A program made the translations under genes and the position numbers. DNA of 64,000 bases from positions 576,001 to 640,000 of the forward strand of contig CM000431.1 of the NCBI GenBank assembly GCA_000165345.1, read 5' to 3'. Under the pieces are notes generated by a model. It made no database searches and was not told where the DNA came from. It saw nothing but the letters and a program-made list of their open reading frames with translations. Below, one piece after another: positions 20,751 through 30,404 of this stretch (the stretch's first letter is position 1; each line of letters starts with the position of its first letter).

Positions 20751-20967
20751 TTGCATAATTTTGACTGGAATATTACTTCATGTATTTGAGTTCATTAAGG
20801 TTGTGGGGCATGAAAGTTGGCTTGCTTCCCCTCATAATCTGATTAGCATTTATTTAATCAATAATTCAAGAAAAGTTGCTATTAAAGAAATAAATATGTC
20901 AGAGTAAGTCGACTAATAATATCTAAATTAATGATTTCATCTATTTAAACTTTCAATTAGCTGCTTT

Positions 20968-22389
20968 ATGCCAATCAGAGAAGTAAATGTGAACAGGCAA
21001 ACTATTTCAATTAAGGGCCGTATCATTCAGAAAAGTTCACTCCAGATTTTAAAGAGTGGGTTACGGTTTTTTCATCTTGACATAATAGACAAAGATAATG
21101 ATGTTATTAGAGTTAAGTTTTGGCGTCAAAAGGCAGAAGAGTATCATAATATTTTACAACATGGCTCAGTATATATTTTAAAATGCACAGGAAACGATGT
21201 TGTTGTTTCGAATACTAAGTTTAATGACACTTCAAATCCGTATGAAATTAACTTTTCTGATAGATGTTTTGTTAGAAAAGTTGAGAACGATGATGATTCA
21301 ATTGGCAAGGCACCAAAATATGTTTTTACAACTGTTAAGGATATTAGAGAAATACCAGTTCCTTCAATTGTTGATCTGATCGGAATAGTCAGACATTTCA
21401 GCCCTTCCACAAAAGTGATTTCAAGAAAGAACAATGATGAGGTTTCCAGAAGGACAATTTCAGTAGTAGATAAAACAGGCTTTCTTATAAACATCACATT
21501 ATGGGGAGAATTAGCGGAAGTTAGCGATGAAAAATTTTTGGGGAATCCAGTGGTTGCATTGAAGAGCATACAGATAAGGGAATATCAGGGTAGACAAGGA
21601 TCCACATTAAATGGGAGAAGCAATATGGAATTTTCCATAGATGATGGGAAAATGGAAGAGTTGAGAGACTGGTATGATAGTATTGGGAGTTCTATAAAGT
21701 TTGAATCTATAAGCAATATATCTTCGAATGAATCACCAAATAATTTCAGAGTTAACGATAAATTATACTCGGGAAGGACTCTCAAAGATATTAGGAATCG
21801 GATGGAAGATAACGAGTTTTCGTCAACTCCGTCGTTTCAGGTAATTGCAAGAATTTCGAAGATTGGCTCAATAAACGTAAATCAACAAGTTTCTGGAGAT
21901 AAAGGCGGCTCGTTGACATACGATGCATGTCCAATATGTAAAAAGAAAGTTCTCTTTTCCACTTCTTATTGTGAGAAGTGTGACGAATCTGTAGTTCCTG
22001 AGACTAAGTTCCTATTTCCTGTTACAATTGAAGACCATACATGTTCTTTAACCGTTCAATGTTTTCATGAAATTGGCTCAACATTTATTAAAGAATTGAG
22101 TGCTTCAGCCTGCAAAGAGATGGAACAAAATAACGACAAAAAGTTAAACTTCATCCTTAATCTACAATGTATGTGGAGACATTACAATCTCAAAATTCAA
22201 TTGAAGGCTGAAGAGTACAATAATCAGAAAAAAACTAGGGCAATAATTCAGTCAGCTGAGCCAATTGATCTTAATCAAATTTCCTATTTAATGCTAGAAT
22301 CGATCAGCCAATCAATATTAGGTAAAACTAACAAAAGATCTTTGTTTGAAGATAACATTAACACAAACAAAAGAATTTCGGTTGGCTAG
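20968..22389 (+). CDS. RPA1: Replication protein A large subunit, short type (no N-terminal 70N domain); OB-fold DNA-binding domains and C-terminal C4 zinc ribbon
   Basis: OB-fold wording VVDKTGFLINITLWGELAEV; zinc ribbon CPICKKKVLFSTSYCEKCDES. A 473-aa size matches the ~54 kDa short-type RPA1 described for Cryptosporidium. A possible 5' micro-exon is in the findings. Confidence 0.8.
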   Translation: MPIREVNVNRQTISIKGRIIQKSSLQILKSGLRFFHLDIIDKDNDVIRVKFWRQKAEEYHNILQHGSVYILKCTGNDVVVSNTKFNDTSNPYEINFSDRCFVRKVENDDDSIGKAPKYVFTTVKDIREIPVPSIVDLIGIVRHFSPSTKVISRKNNDEVSRRTISVVDKTGFLINITLWGELAEVSDEKFLGNPVVALKSIQIREYQGRQGSTLNGRSNMEFSIDDGKMEELRDWYDSIGSSIKFESISNISSNESPNNFRVNDKLYSGRTLKDIRNRMEDNEFSSTPSFQVIARISKIGSINVNQQVSGDKGGSLTYDACPICKKKVLFSTSYCEKCDESVVPETKFLFPVTIEDHTCSLTVQCFHEIGSTFIKELSASACKEMEQNNDKKLNFILNLQCMWRHYNLKIQLKAEEYNNQKKTRAIIQSAEPIDLNQISYLMLESISQSILGKTNKRSLFEDNINTNKRISVG

Positions 22390-22502
22390 TTAATTAAAAA
22401 ATATTCCATAGAATTCCAATAGGATAGCTATAATTACTTGAATGTTAGTTTAATTCCTACACAGCTGCTAGAAACTATCTTCTTGAATAAATTGTTGCGT
22501 GT

Positions 22503-22510
22503 TGGCGCGT
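22503..22510. promoter_or_regulatory. TTGGCGCG box about 90 nt upstream of the UBC13 start
   Basis: GC box in an AT-rich spacer. Confidence 0.3.
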
Positions 22511-22597
22511 ATTGTTGCTTTCAATTGGATTCATTATGTTACATTGAGATCAATATCTACTTTAGCACGCACGAAATAATTTAAAGTTTTGGGAATC

Positions 22598-23050
22598 ATG
22601 TCAATTTCAAAAAGAATACAAAAAGAAACTATGAATCTCGCAAATGATCCGTCGCCTGGAATAAATGCAGAACCTGATGAAGACAATTATAGATATTTCA
22701 AAATTATGATGATGGGCCCTGAGGGCACACCTTATGAAGGTGGAAGCTACAAGCTTGAACTTTTTTTGCCAGAGCATTACCCTATGGAACCCCCAAAAGT
22801 TAGGTTTCTAACAAAAATTTACCATCCAAATATTGACAAACTTGGAAGAATTTGTCTAGATATTTTGAAAGATAAATGGAGTCCAGCCTTGCAAATTAGA
22901 ACAGTATTGCTAAGTATACAAGCATTACTAAGCTCTCCAGAACCTAATGATCCTTTAGACACCGTAGTTGCAGATCACTTCAAAAATAATTTACTGGACG
23001 CAGAGTCAACGGCCAGAGAATGGAATAGACTTTATGCCAAAGGATCATAA
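22598..23050 (+). CDS. UBC13: Ubiquitin-conjugating enzyme E2 N (Ubc13)
   Basis: [44 protein letters not shown]...[36 protein letters not shown] is near-identical to human UBE2N. First ATG at 22598. Confidence 0.9.
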   Translation: MSISKRIQKETMNLANDPSPGINAEPDEDNYRYFKIMMMGPEGTPYEGGSYKLELFLPEHYPMEPPKVRFLTKIYHPNIDKLGRICLDILKDKWSPALQIRTVLLSIQALLSSPEPNDPLDTVVADHFKNNLLDAESTAREWNRLYAKGS

Positions 23051-23323
23051 AGTTATTAACAAAAGGCAACACAAAAGGCAAATTAGCACAGATGCATTCA
23101 ACATCCACACTTTTCTAGTATTTTGGATCTCTAGAATTGAGTTCTGTTAGATTAAACCTTTTGATCAAACTTTTACAGACCAGATTTAGTAAATGCAACA
23201 CTAGAAAGTTAAATTTTTCAAAGTTGTCTGTTGGCCTAACATGAGTTCAACCTATATGGCCACGGGTATTTTGCAAATAGACACCGTGATAAATCTACAC
23301 TATTTTAATAGAACAAAATCAAT

Positions 23324-23962
23324 CTAAAGCTTTTTCTCTTCTCTTTTGATGAGTTCACGAAGTTCCCCCAATAATTGTGACTCTTTTAACATTCTTTGTT
23401 TCTCGTTTTGAAGAGCTATATTTCTTCTTTCTTCTACCGTATAAACTTGGTTCTCCTTTCTAATTCTTACAGCTGTCATTCTCTTGTGCATACTTCCGCT
23501 CATTACATATCCTACCTTCTCAAACGATTCTATTTGTTCTCCTGTTAATCCAACTTCACCTCTTCTTGGTATTCTTTTTCCTGCTTGGACGAATTGTGCC
23601 ATAGCTTCACCTTCGCCATAAAGAAGAGCTGCCCCATAATTTAGGTTTTGATTGATTGCTGTTTTTTTAATATCAGATGGACTTGGACCGAACAAATGAT
23701 CATCTTCAATCTTTTCTTCATTATCACAGCCAATGTCACTATTTGGACTCATTGAGGCAGTATCCTCGCTTAAAGATAAGTCTCTTTCAAAAGAAGGCCT
23801 TCTTTTATCTTTAAAATACCCAATAATGTTCTCTACGCTTGAAATATCCTTATCTTGCTCTCCATTTAAGGATACTTCTTCATTCCATAAGTTTTTGATT
23901 TTTTTTCTCATATCTCTTCTCCTTTTAGTGCGTTCATGTAACCATGAGATTAGCTTTTCCAT
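23324..23962 (-). CDS. NKAP-family protein (C-terminal DUF926/NKAP domain)
   Basis: C-terminus AQFVQAGKRIPRRGEVGLTGEQIESFEKVGYVMSGSMHKRMTAVRIRKENQVYTVEE matches the conserved NKAP C-terminal domain. The track start at 24007 is a GTG; the first ATG is at 23962. Confidence 0.65.
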   Translation of the reverse strand: MEKLISWLHERTKRRRDMRKKIKNLWNEEVSLNGEQDKDISSVENIIGYFKDKRRPSFERDLSLSEDTASMSPNSDIGCDNEEKIEDDHLFGPSPSDIKKTAINQNLNYGAALLYGEGEAMAQFVQAGKRIPRRGEVGLTGEQIESFEKVGYVMSGSMHKRMTAVRIRKENQVYTVEERRNIALQNEKQRMLKESQLLGELRELIKREEKKL

Positions 23963-24157
23963 ACTGGACCATTGTGAACAAAATGTATAAATAAGTTGAA
24001 TATGCACTAATAATTTTATCGGATAATTTTTGTTTCAAAAAAACTTATATTTACCCTCAAAATATTGCCGGTAATTACAGATGGAAACCCACAGAAATTA
24101 TTTGAGGAATATTTTTTGACAAAAATAAATAACACTGTAATTGAGTTTTTCGTGATA

Positions 24158-24605
24158 ATGGAGAAAAGATTTGATCTGAGATACTGTGAAAAATTTCCAA
24201 ATGATTCACTATTAAACGGATTTGCTCCAAGAGATCTTGGTACAAAACCAAAATGCTTGCCACAGCAGATTCAAGAAACTGTAAGTTGGGAACAATAACT
24301 TTTCGAATATTGAATAATGCCATTTCTCTTAGGGGTTCATTCGGACATTAGAAAATGAGTTGAATATGCTTAGTGCTATACAAGGTTATCACTCAGCTGC
24401 AAAATCAAGAATGGAACAGGATTTAGTTTCGAAGGTTCAAAGACATCCAGGAATTCCAAGCTCTCACTTGAGCCTTGATCTACTAATGAATATGGATGAC
24501 AAGATCGAAATAAGCGATATTCTAGGCACGGAGAAACCTATCAATCCATTGGGCAAGAAGACAATCAGCGACACATTAGAGTCAATATTCAATATCAATA
24601 GTTAA
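24158..24605 (+). CDS. Hypothetical protein, 2 exons (24158..24280, 24333..24605) joined over a 52-nt GTAAGT...TTAG intron
   Basis: Track ORFs 24065..24298 and 24360..24605 become one frame when 24281-24332 is removed (donor ACT|GTAAGT, acceptor TCTCTTAG|GGG). The first ATG is at 24158, so the start is uncertain. No family recognised. Confidence 0.45.
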
Positions 24606-24708
24606 ACATAGGCTCTCTCTACAACATTAAAAATATCTAATTTAGCAACAGAGAAACCCGGATATTACTAAGGACTAGATGCAATCTAACTCGTCGGTAG
24701 TTATTCAA

Positions 24709-25155
24709 TTACTCTGCCTCTTCTCTCTGCTTCCTCAAACGTGCAATCGTCGATCTAGCAGTAACTGCTGCCGCAGTGCTTAGCTGCCATGCACCTCCTG
24801 CCAAGACCTTTCTGCAACCCTTGCATTCCCAAATTCCACAGGCAGTTCTCTTTGTCGCTGTTTTTCCACAGAATGGACAAACATATGTCTCACGTTGTAG
24901 GATCTCAGTCTTCTTCACTTGCTTACGTAGAGAAGCACCATATCTAGTGCCAAATTTACCAACAATACCAACCTACAATAAAAAGGAAATGAGAAAATAT
25001 GAAGGATCCATAATGATAGGGGTCGAGATCGAAGAGTAAGATATGGGTTCTGAATGTCGAACATTTAGTTCAATAGAGGGATACTAAGAAGTTTACTCAT
25101 AAGATCGTCATCCTCCTGCTCAAATGTAACTTACCTTCTTAGTTCTTCTACCCAT
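24709..25155 (-). CDS. RPL37A: 60S ribosomal protein L37a (eL43), 2 exons (25155..25135, 24972..24709), 162-nt intron
   Basis: Exon 1 ATG GGT AGA AGA ACT AAG AAG|GTAAGT (MGRRTKK). Exon 2 [38 protein letters not shown]...C4 zinc ribbon. Matches eL43 ([24 protein letters not shown]...). Confidence 0.85.
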
Positions 25156-25691
25156 TTTCTTTTAATCACTTGAAACTAAAGTTAGTGCTCTGAAACGCTT
25201 CGTTTATTAAATCCCTATGAGACGGTTTATTTTAGCGCGTTGTCTCGATTTATACGCGGTAAATGCACGTATTTTAGCATTGGAATATTACTTTGCAAAA
25301 ATATTTAACAGGAGTCAAAACAATAAAAAACTGTAAAAAAGAATGAATTCTGAACTAATTAGTAGGAATATTGCTTGTACAACAAAATTATCTCAATTTA
25401 AGCTTAGATTTCCCACCTTAAGCGAATGTCAGAGCGCCATCTTAGTAATAGATACCAGCCTATTTGTACGTATTTCATAAAACTAAAAATCAAATTAGAG
25501 TTTTATTTTTAAAATATTTTCCTTGAGATTTCACGTTAGGGCTGAATAGACTTAATCATGTAATGCGCAACTCACCGCCTAATAATACACACATAGATGT
25601 CGCATGTAATAAATCTTTTTTTCCCTCTTTCCTACGAAACATTTCTCTTGGCTAATTTTTTTCAACTTTATAGCAATACATAATTGTAGTC

Positions 25692-26114
25692 ATGTCTGAA
25701 TTGGAAGCCCTGAGCAACCAAAGTACTGAGCGTGGAGTTGTTCAAGAGAACTCCACAGAAAAGATGGATGCAGCAGAAAATCCAAACGAAATTTCAGTAG
25801 ATAACAATGCCGCCATTGAGCTATTAAATGTTAATTTGCAGGACATGTTCGCCAACTCCTTCATTGGTGCTAACGTTGTTAATGCCACAAGAATGCAAGA
25901 GACTATTGGCGAATCTTGGCCATTTGACCAATATCAGGCAACCGGCTTGTTGCCAGTAGATTATGCGTACTGGCTTACGCCTTATAATACTTCAATAGGC
26001 CCAACTGCATTTGTTATGATGCAGGCCACAGCAACATTCCCAGATGGCACTCAGATGGATGCACAACAAGCGAGAGCACGAAGAAGACGCCATGTATTTG
26101 GTGTGTGTTGTTAA
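25692..26114 (+). CDS. Hypothetical 140-aa protein ending in a polybasic stretch plus Cys-Cys (..RARRRRHVFGVCC)
   Basis: ATG-initiated ORF with locally higher GC and no recognisable family. The C-terminal CC after a basic run resembles a prenylation/palmitoylation signal. Confidence 0.35.
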   Translation: MSELEALSNQSTERGVVQENSTEKMDAAENPNEISVDNNAAIELLNVNLQDMFANSFIGANVVNATRMQETIGESWPFDQYQATGLLPVDYAYWLTPYNTSIGPTAFVMMQATATFPDGTQMDAQQARARRRRHVFGVCC

Positions 26115-26235
26115 TTACTAGGCATAGATTTATGAAAATATCATTAGAGAAAATAAGTTTAAAACATTGGATGTATAATTTCTATTAAGCTATAATATAT
26201 TACTATTTCAAGTAGCACATTTAATATTGTAAACG

Positions 26236-27885
26236 CTAGTTTACCAAGCATTTTTTGCAGTTTTGAATAATTATCTCAACTGCAATCTTGAATTCCTTCA
26301 GTAGTACATGCTGTTTCGTCTCTAGGCTAACCTTTTGAGATATTTTCTTAATACATTCAAATATTTCATTTTTATTTTCTATTGACTTATTTTGATTTAA
26401 TAGTCTTACAATGTTACTTTCATGTAGAATGTGTTCAATTAATTCTGAAATCAATATAAATTGGTGAGGGCCGCACTTGCCCATATTCTTGCTAATATAT
26501 TTTAGCAATTTAATAGTTTTTTCGTATTCATTCTCCCTTGCAATCAAATGCAGAGCTCCTCTTGATGAAAGTAATTTTAAGAGTGAAATAAAATGCGGCC
26601 AGCTCATTTTGAGAGCGATTTCTAATGCCTTTTTATAAGAATATGATCGTAATAACCTGTCAAGTTTTGTTTGACGCTTCTTGCAATTTTTAATCTCTAT
26701 GTCCATAGCATTCGCAGAAGCCGCTCTACCTCTTTTATAATATCTTATCGTACCTGTTCTATATCCCTTTCTTAAGTTATTAATATCTTCATTAGCAACG
26801 TCCCTAGTTGACTCTTTAATTTCTGAAAAAACTTTTTTTCTTATACTCCAATTACCATCTTCAAGAGCAATTGCAATATACGATGAGCAATTTGATGTTG
26901 CAACTTTTACTATTCCTTTATTATAATTAAAAGATCGAATGAATTCAAATGTTTTAGAGTCATAAATGCATACATTATGGTCCAAACATCCAACAGCAAA
27001 TATATTCTCATTAGAGGAAATTGTTGTAATTGTTCGAGCAAAGTTTGCGATGCTGTGAATACATTCAAATTCAGTTTTTTCCAGATCCCAAATTTTAATA
27101 CAAGTACCTCCACAAGAAATTAACTTATTTCCATTAATAATATCAATACATTCTACAGGAAAATTATGCTTCAAGATTTTCATAACCTTTAGTTGGTATT
27201 TATTTGGTAAAGCATTACTTGCAGCATAATTTTCAGCTTGTTTGAGTTCTGAATAACACCAAATTTTGATATTAAAGTCATAGCTACAAGTTGCAAAATA
27301 AATATTTAAAGTATCTGTTGTGCTTGAATCATGGTTAGGATAATTAAACAATTTATTTTCAAGTGGTAATATACATCTGATCACATCATTGTGCGCAGGA
27401 GCTGTAAAAACAATTTCACCAGAGGAAACCTCTAAAATTGAGACTTTACCTGTCAATGTTCCAGAAATTATTTTGCTTTTGTCACATGAAAACGCAATCG
27501 ACGAGAGTTGTTCACTACTCTTTTCAAACCTGCGGACAACAGTCATAGTTTCAGTATCTAGCGCGATACATTCATTATTTTCCATTGAAATTCCACAAAG
27601 TCTACCATCATTTCTTAGAGTAGTTGCAGTAATTAAATTCTTTGAGTTAAATGAGGTAAGCTTACTTGAATTTTCTTCATTTACTTTTATGGGGCTTACT
27701 GTTTTTAGTTTATTTCCTGTAGTAATTAAGAGAGAGATTTCTCCATTAAAAATTCTAAATTCTAAATTTTTAATTGTTTCATTTTCATTCCCACTATTAG
27801 AATATAAATACCGATTATTAGATAAGATTTCAGAATATAAGGCTTTTCTTTTTGGCTCGATTTCAATTGGAATATAATCACCCAT
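26236..27885 (-). CDS. UTP15: U3 snoRNP protein UTP15 (WD40 repeats + UTP15 C-terminal domain)
   Basis: N-terminus MGDYIPIEIEP matches human MAGYKPVAIQT. WD repeats. C-terminal LRSYSYKKALEIAL...SSRGALHLIARENE matches the UTP15_C region. First ATG at 27885; the track begins at an upstream TTG. Confidence 0.7.
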   Translation of the reverse strand: MGDYIPIEIEPKRKALYSEILSNNRYLYSNSGNENETIKNLEFRIFNGEISLLITTGNKLKTVSPIKVNEENSSKLTSFNSKNLITATTLRNDGRLCGISMENNECIALDTETMTVVRRFEKSSEQLSSIAFSCDKSKIISGTLTGKVSILEVSSGEIVFTAPAHNDVIRCILPLENKLFNYPNHDSSTTDTLNIYFATCSYDFNIKIWCYSELKQAENYAASNALPNKYQLKVMKILKHNFPVECIDIINGNKLISCGGTCIKIWDLEKTEFECIHSIANFARTITTISSNENIFAVGCLDHNVCIYDSKTFEFIRSFNYNKGIVKVATSNCSSYIAIALEDGNWSIRKKVFSEIKESTRDVANEDINNLRKGYRTGTIRYYKRGRAASANAMDIEIKNCKKRQTKLDRLLRSYSYKKALEIALKMSWPHFISLLKLLSSRGALHLIARENEYEKTIKLLKYISKNMGKCGPHQFILISELIEHILHESNIVRLLNQNKSIENKNEIFECIKKISQKVSLETKQHVLLKEFKIAVEIIIQNCKKCLVN

Positions 27886-27945
27886 TTTAAAACAGTTTAA
27901 TTTCAATGTCAAATTTTACATTTTTTGTCTTTTATTTAAGAGGTT

Positions 27946-27975
27946 GTGGCGCTCTTAACAAAAAAAATTGGCGCT
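27946..27975. promoter_or_regulatory. Two TGGCGCT boxes (27946-27953, 27968-27975) in the divergent UTP15/hypothetical-gene spacer
   Basis: gtggcgct ... ttggcgct within the 240-nt AT-rich spacer. Confidence 0.35.
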
Positions 27976-28127
27976 CAAACTCACACATCTCACACTGCAT
28001 GTTCGATTATAATCATCAAAGAAATGGCATGAACTTACAAAACATTGTCTCAAAATATTGCAGTAACTTCCATTTTTGTTATAAATATTATATATCTAGA
28101 GTAGTATCATGATCATTTACTAGCAAA

Positions 28128-29783
28128 ATGGAATTTACCAAACTTGTTAGTAAACCCAGTTTTAAATTGGATTTGGATAAAATCAACTATAAATTTGAGG
28201 CAGGAGATAAAAATAGCAATAGTTGCAAAGCCAACGGTAATAGAGGAAAACATAGCTTGGAATGTGGAAATTCATGCGGCACTGTTTATTTGGAAGATGG
28301 TGATAGTCAGATTTTGGAACAATTAAAACGCATAGAGGAGGAGAATATAAGGCTTCGCGAAATAAATGAACAGCTTTCAAGATCACTTTGCATCAGTACA
28401 AGATCTATTTCAATAAATAACAGTAATAACTCCTTTCAAATAGACGATTTTTCCAGGCAGTCATCATTTCTTAGTAGTCGAGCATTAACAACTAGATCAA
28501 TCTCTATGAACCCACAAATAGTAAAAAATTTAAAGATGACGGTAAGCGATATAATTGGAGATAGAACAGAAATAGCACTAAGAGTTATGCTATTAGAAAA
28601 TGAGTATTTTTTGGGTTTAGAACCAATTCTTGACAGGCAATCTGCAAGAGTTGTACTATCAAAGACTCCTTCCTACTGGAGTATTAAAAAAATACCTCAC
28701 TTTTGGGAAGGGTTTTCAAACATAATGTCTTCCGTAATTAAAAAAGGGTTCTTAAATACTATAAGCTATTGGTCTTTTCTTAGGGCACCTCCAAGCCCCA
28801 AAAAAAATGTAAAAAAATGGGAAGGCATTACGATTAAATACAAAGGGCCACTCAAGGAATTTAGAGGATATTCATTGGCTGGCAATGATGACGGATTGTT
28901 TGTATATCTTGAATCAGAAGAGGATGCATATGATAATATATTCTATTGCAACTTTAGGAAGAAGAAGGAAAAATGTACTGAAGATTTTAGAGATTGTACC
29001 AATGATCTACGAACAAATGTATTAAATTTGCTACATGCTAATACAAGAAGTTTTATTTGTATAGAACCGAATATAAAAAGTAAGGGTGGAAATATAATGA
29101 TTAAGTTGTCCGAGTCAAAAAGGAACAAATTGATGTTTGAAGAAATAAGTGCAAGCGAATTACTTGCTAGGCAATTGCTGATATCCGCTGAACAGATTTC
29201 CCAAGATTTTGATCTAACAAATAGAAATATTCATCAAGTGACATCTTTCCCATCTTTCAGTAATTATGAGCAAAACTTTCAGAAGACGAGCTCGAATAGA
29301 TATTCTCCTGAAGAGAGCTTTACGAGTAGAACTGTGGAATTATGCTCCTCTGCAGAGACGCAAAACAAAGATAAACGAGGTTCACTTGCGGACGAATTAT
29401 CAAGTGAACTTTTAACTCAAAGAAATCAGTCGCTAAGTAATTTTTTTGGTGAGGCAAATCATTCAAAATACACTTTAAGCGATAATATTGGCTTTAAAGA
29501 AGAAATACCTAATAAAAACAGCTTGAAAATTATAGATACAAGCCTTGGAGAAAATTCCAAAATTTGTTCGCCAAGAATTCGAGCATCGAATATAATCAAC
29601 GACCAGTTATCAGGATTGGAGTATCATGAAGTCCCGTTAACTAGAAGGCTAAACGTGGTGTACATTCCATCTACAACTGCTGTATTAGTTCATGACCTTG
29701 TTGATAGCGATGAAGAACTAAATAACAATATAGATAGTGGAAAAATAAGCGATGTGGAACAGGAGTATTTCAAGGTTGAATAA
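28128..29783 (+). CDS. Hypothetical 551-aa protein (coiled-coil segment, Ser/Asn-rich)
   Basis: Long ATG-initiated ORF with typical coding composition; no family recognised. Confidence 0.5.
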   Translation: MEFTKLVSKPSFKLDLDKINYKFEAGDKNSNSCKANGNRGKHSLECGNSCGTVYLEDGDSQILEQLKRIEEENIRLREINEQLSRSLCISTRSISINNSNNSFQIDDFSRQSSFLSSRALTTRSISMNPQIVKNLKMTVSDIIGDRTEIALRVMLLENEYFLGLEPILDRQSARVVLSKTPSYWSIKKIPHFWEGFSNIMSSVIKKGFLNTISYWSFLRAPPSPKKNVKKWEGITIKYKGPLKEFRGYSLAGNDDGLFVYLESEEDAYDNIFYCNFRKKKEKCTEDFRDCTNDLRTNVLNLLHANTRSFICIEPNIKSKGGNIMIKLSESKRNKLMFEEISASELLARQLLISAEQISQDFDLTNRNIHQVTSFPSFSNYEQNFQKTSSNRYSPEESFTSRTVELCSSAETQNKDKRGSLADELSSELLTQRNQSLSNFFGEANHSKYTLSDNIGFKEEIPNKNSLKIIDTSLGENSKICSPRIRASNIINDQLSGLEYHEVPLTRRLNVVYIPSTTAVLVHDLVDSDEELNNNIDSGKISDVEQEYFKVE

Positions 29784-30349
29784 TGTTCAATTAACTTAAT
29801 TGACCATTAAAAATAGTCAAGCAATTATTTTTGAGCAAAATTTACCGTTGATCAAAATTTTATTTTGAATACAAAAATTATCTTATATATACTAGCTAAA
29901 TAATTTTGACTCATTAAGCCAGTTATAAAGAGAAATCAAATCTTGGTTTTCGGTATTTTGAATGGCGTTTTTATCATTAATTATATACTGGAGGAAGTTT
30001 TTTAATTGATAAGTAAGGCCTTTTATGGATTTAATAATTCTGATTTTTTTATCCATTATTTTCAATAGACTAGATATTCTTTCAATTTCATATGTAGCTA
30101 TTGCATTTCTCAGAGATAATTTCAAAACGTAAATCTTCAATGCGTTTATACCTGAAATATTGTCTAAAAATCAAAATAATTAGTGTATAAATTTATGGTA
30201 AAACGTACTGGGATTAGTTTCGGCCTCACAAAGGGATTTAATTGAAGAAATTAGTCCCTTCAGAATATTCCGTTTATAATGCATGCAGTTATCACGCATC
30301 TTATCTTATTCATCATAACTCAGATAAAAGGGAAACCATTGCGCGATGA

Positions 30350-30360
30350 GGGGGGGGGGG
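30350..30360. repeat. G11 homopolymer (C11 on the minus strand)
   Basis: gagggggggggggc seen directly. Very unusual in a ~30% GC region. It lies just 3' of the last confident exon of the ORC/Cdc6-like gene. Confidence 0.9.
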
Positions 30361-30404
30361 CACAACGAAACGTATGGAGCTGCGAAATTAAAAAGAAAAT
30401 TTAA

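Noticed and set aside
29892-30140. 82-aa minus-strand ORF downstream of the ORC/Cdc6-like gene, as an independent gene or terminal exon
   Set aside because: No start context or homology was found. Candidate splice paths from 30405 all hit stops, partly around the G11 tract. It is left unresolved rather than called.
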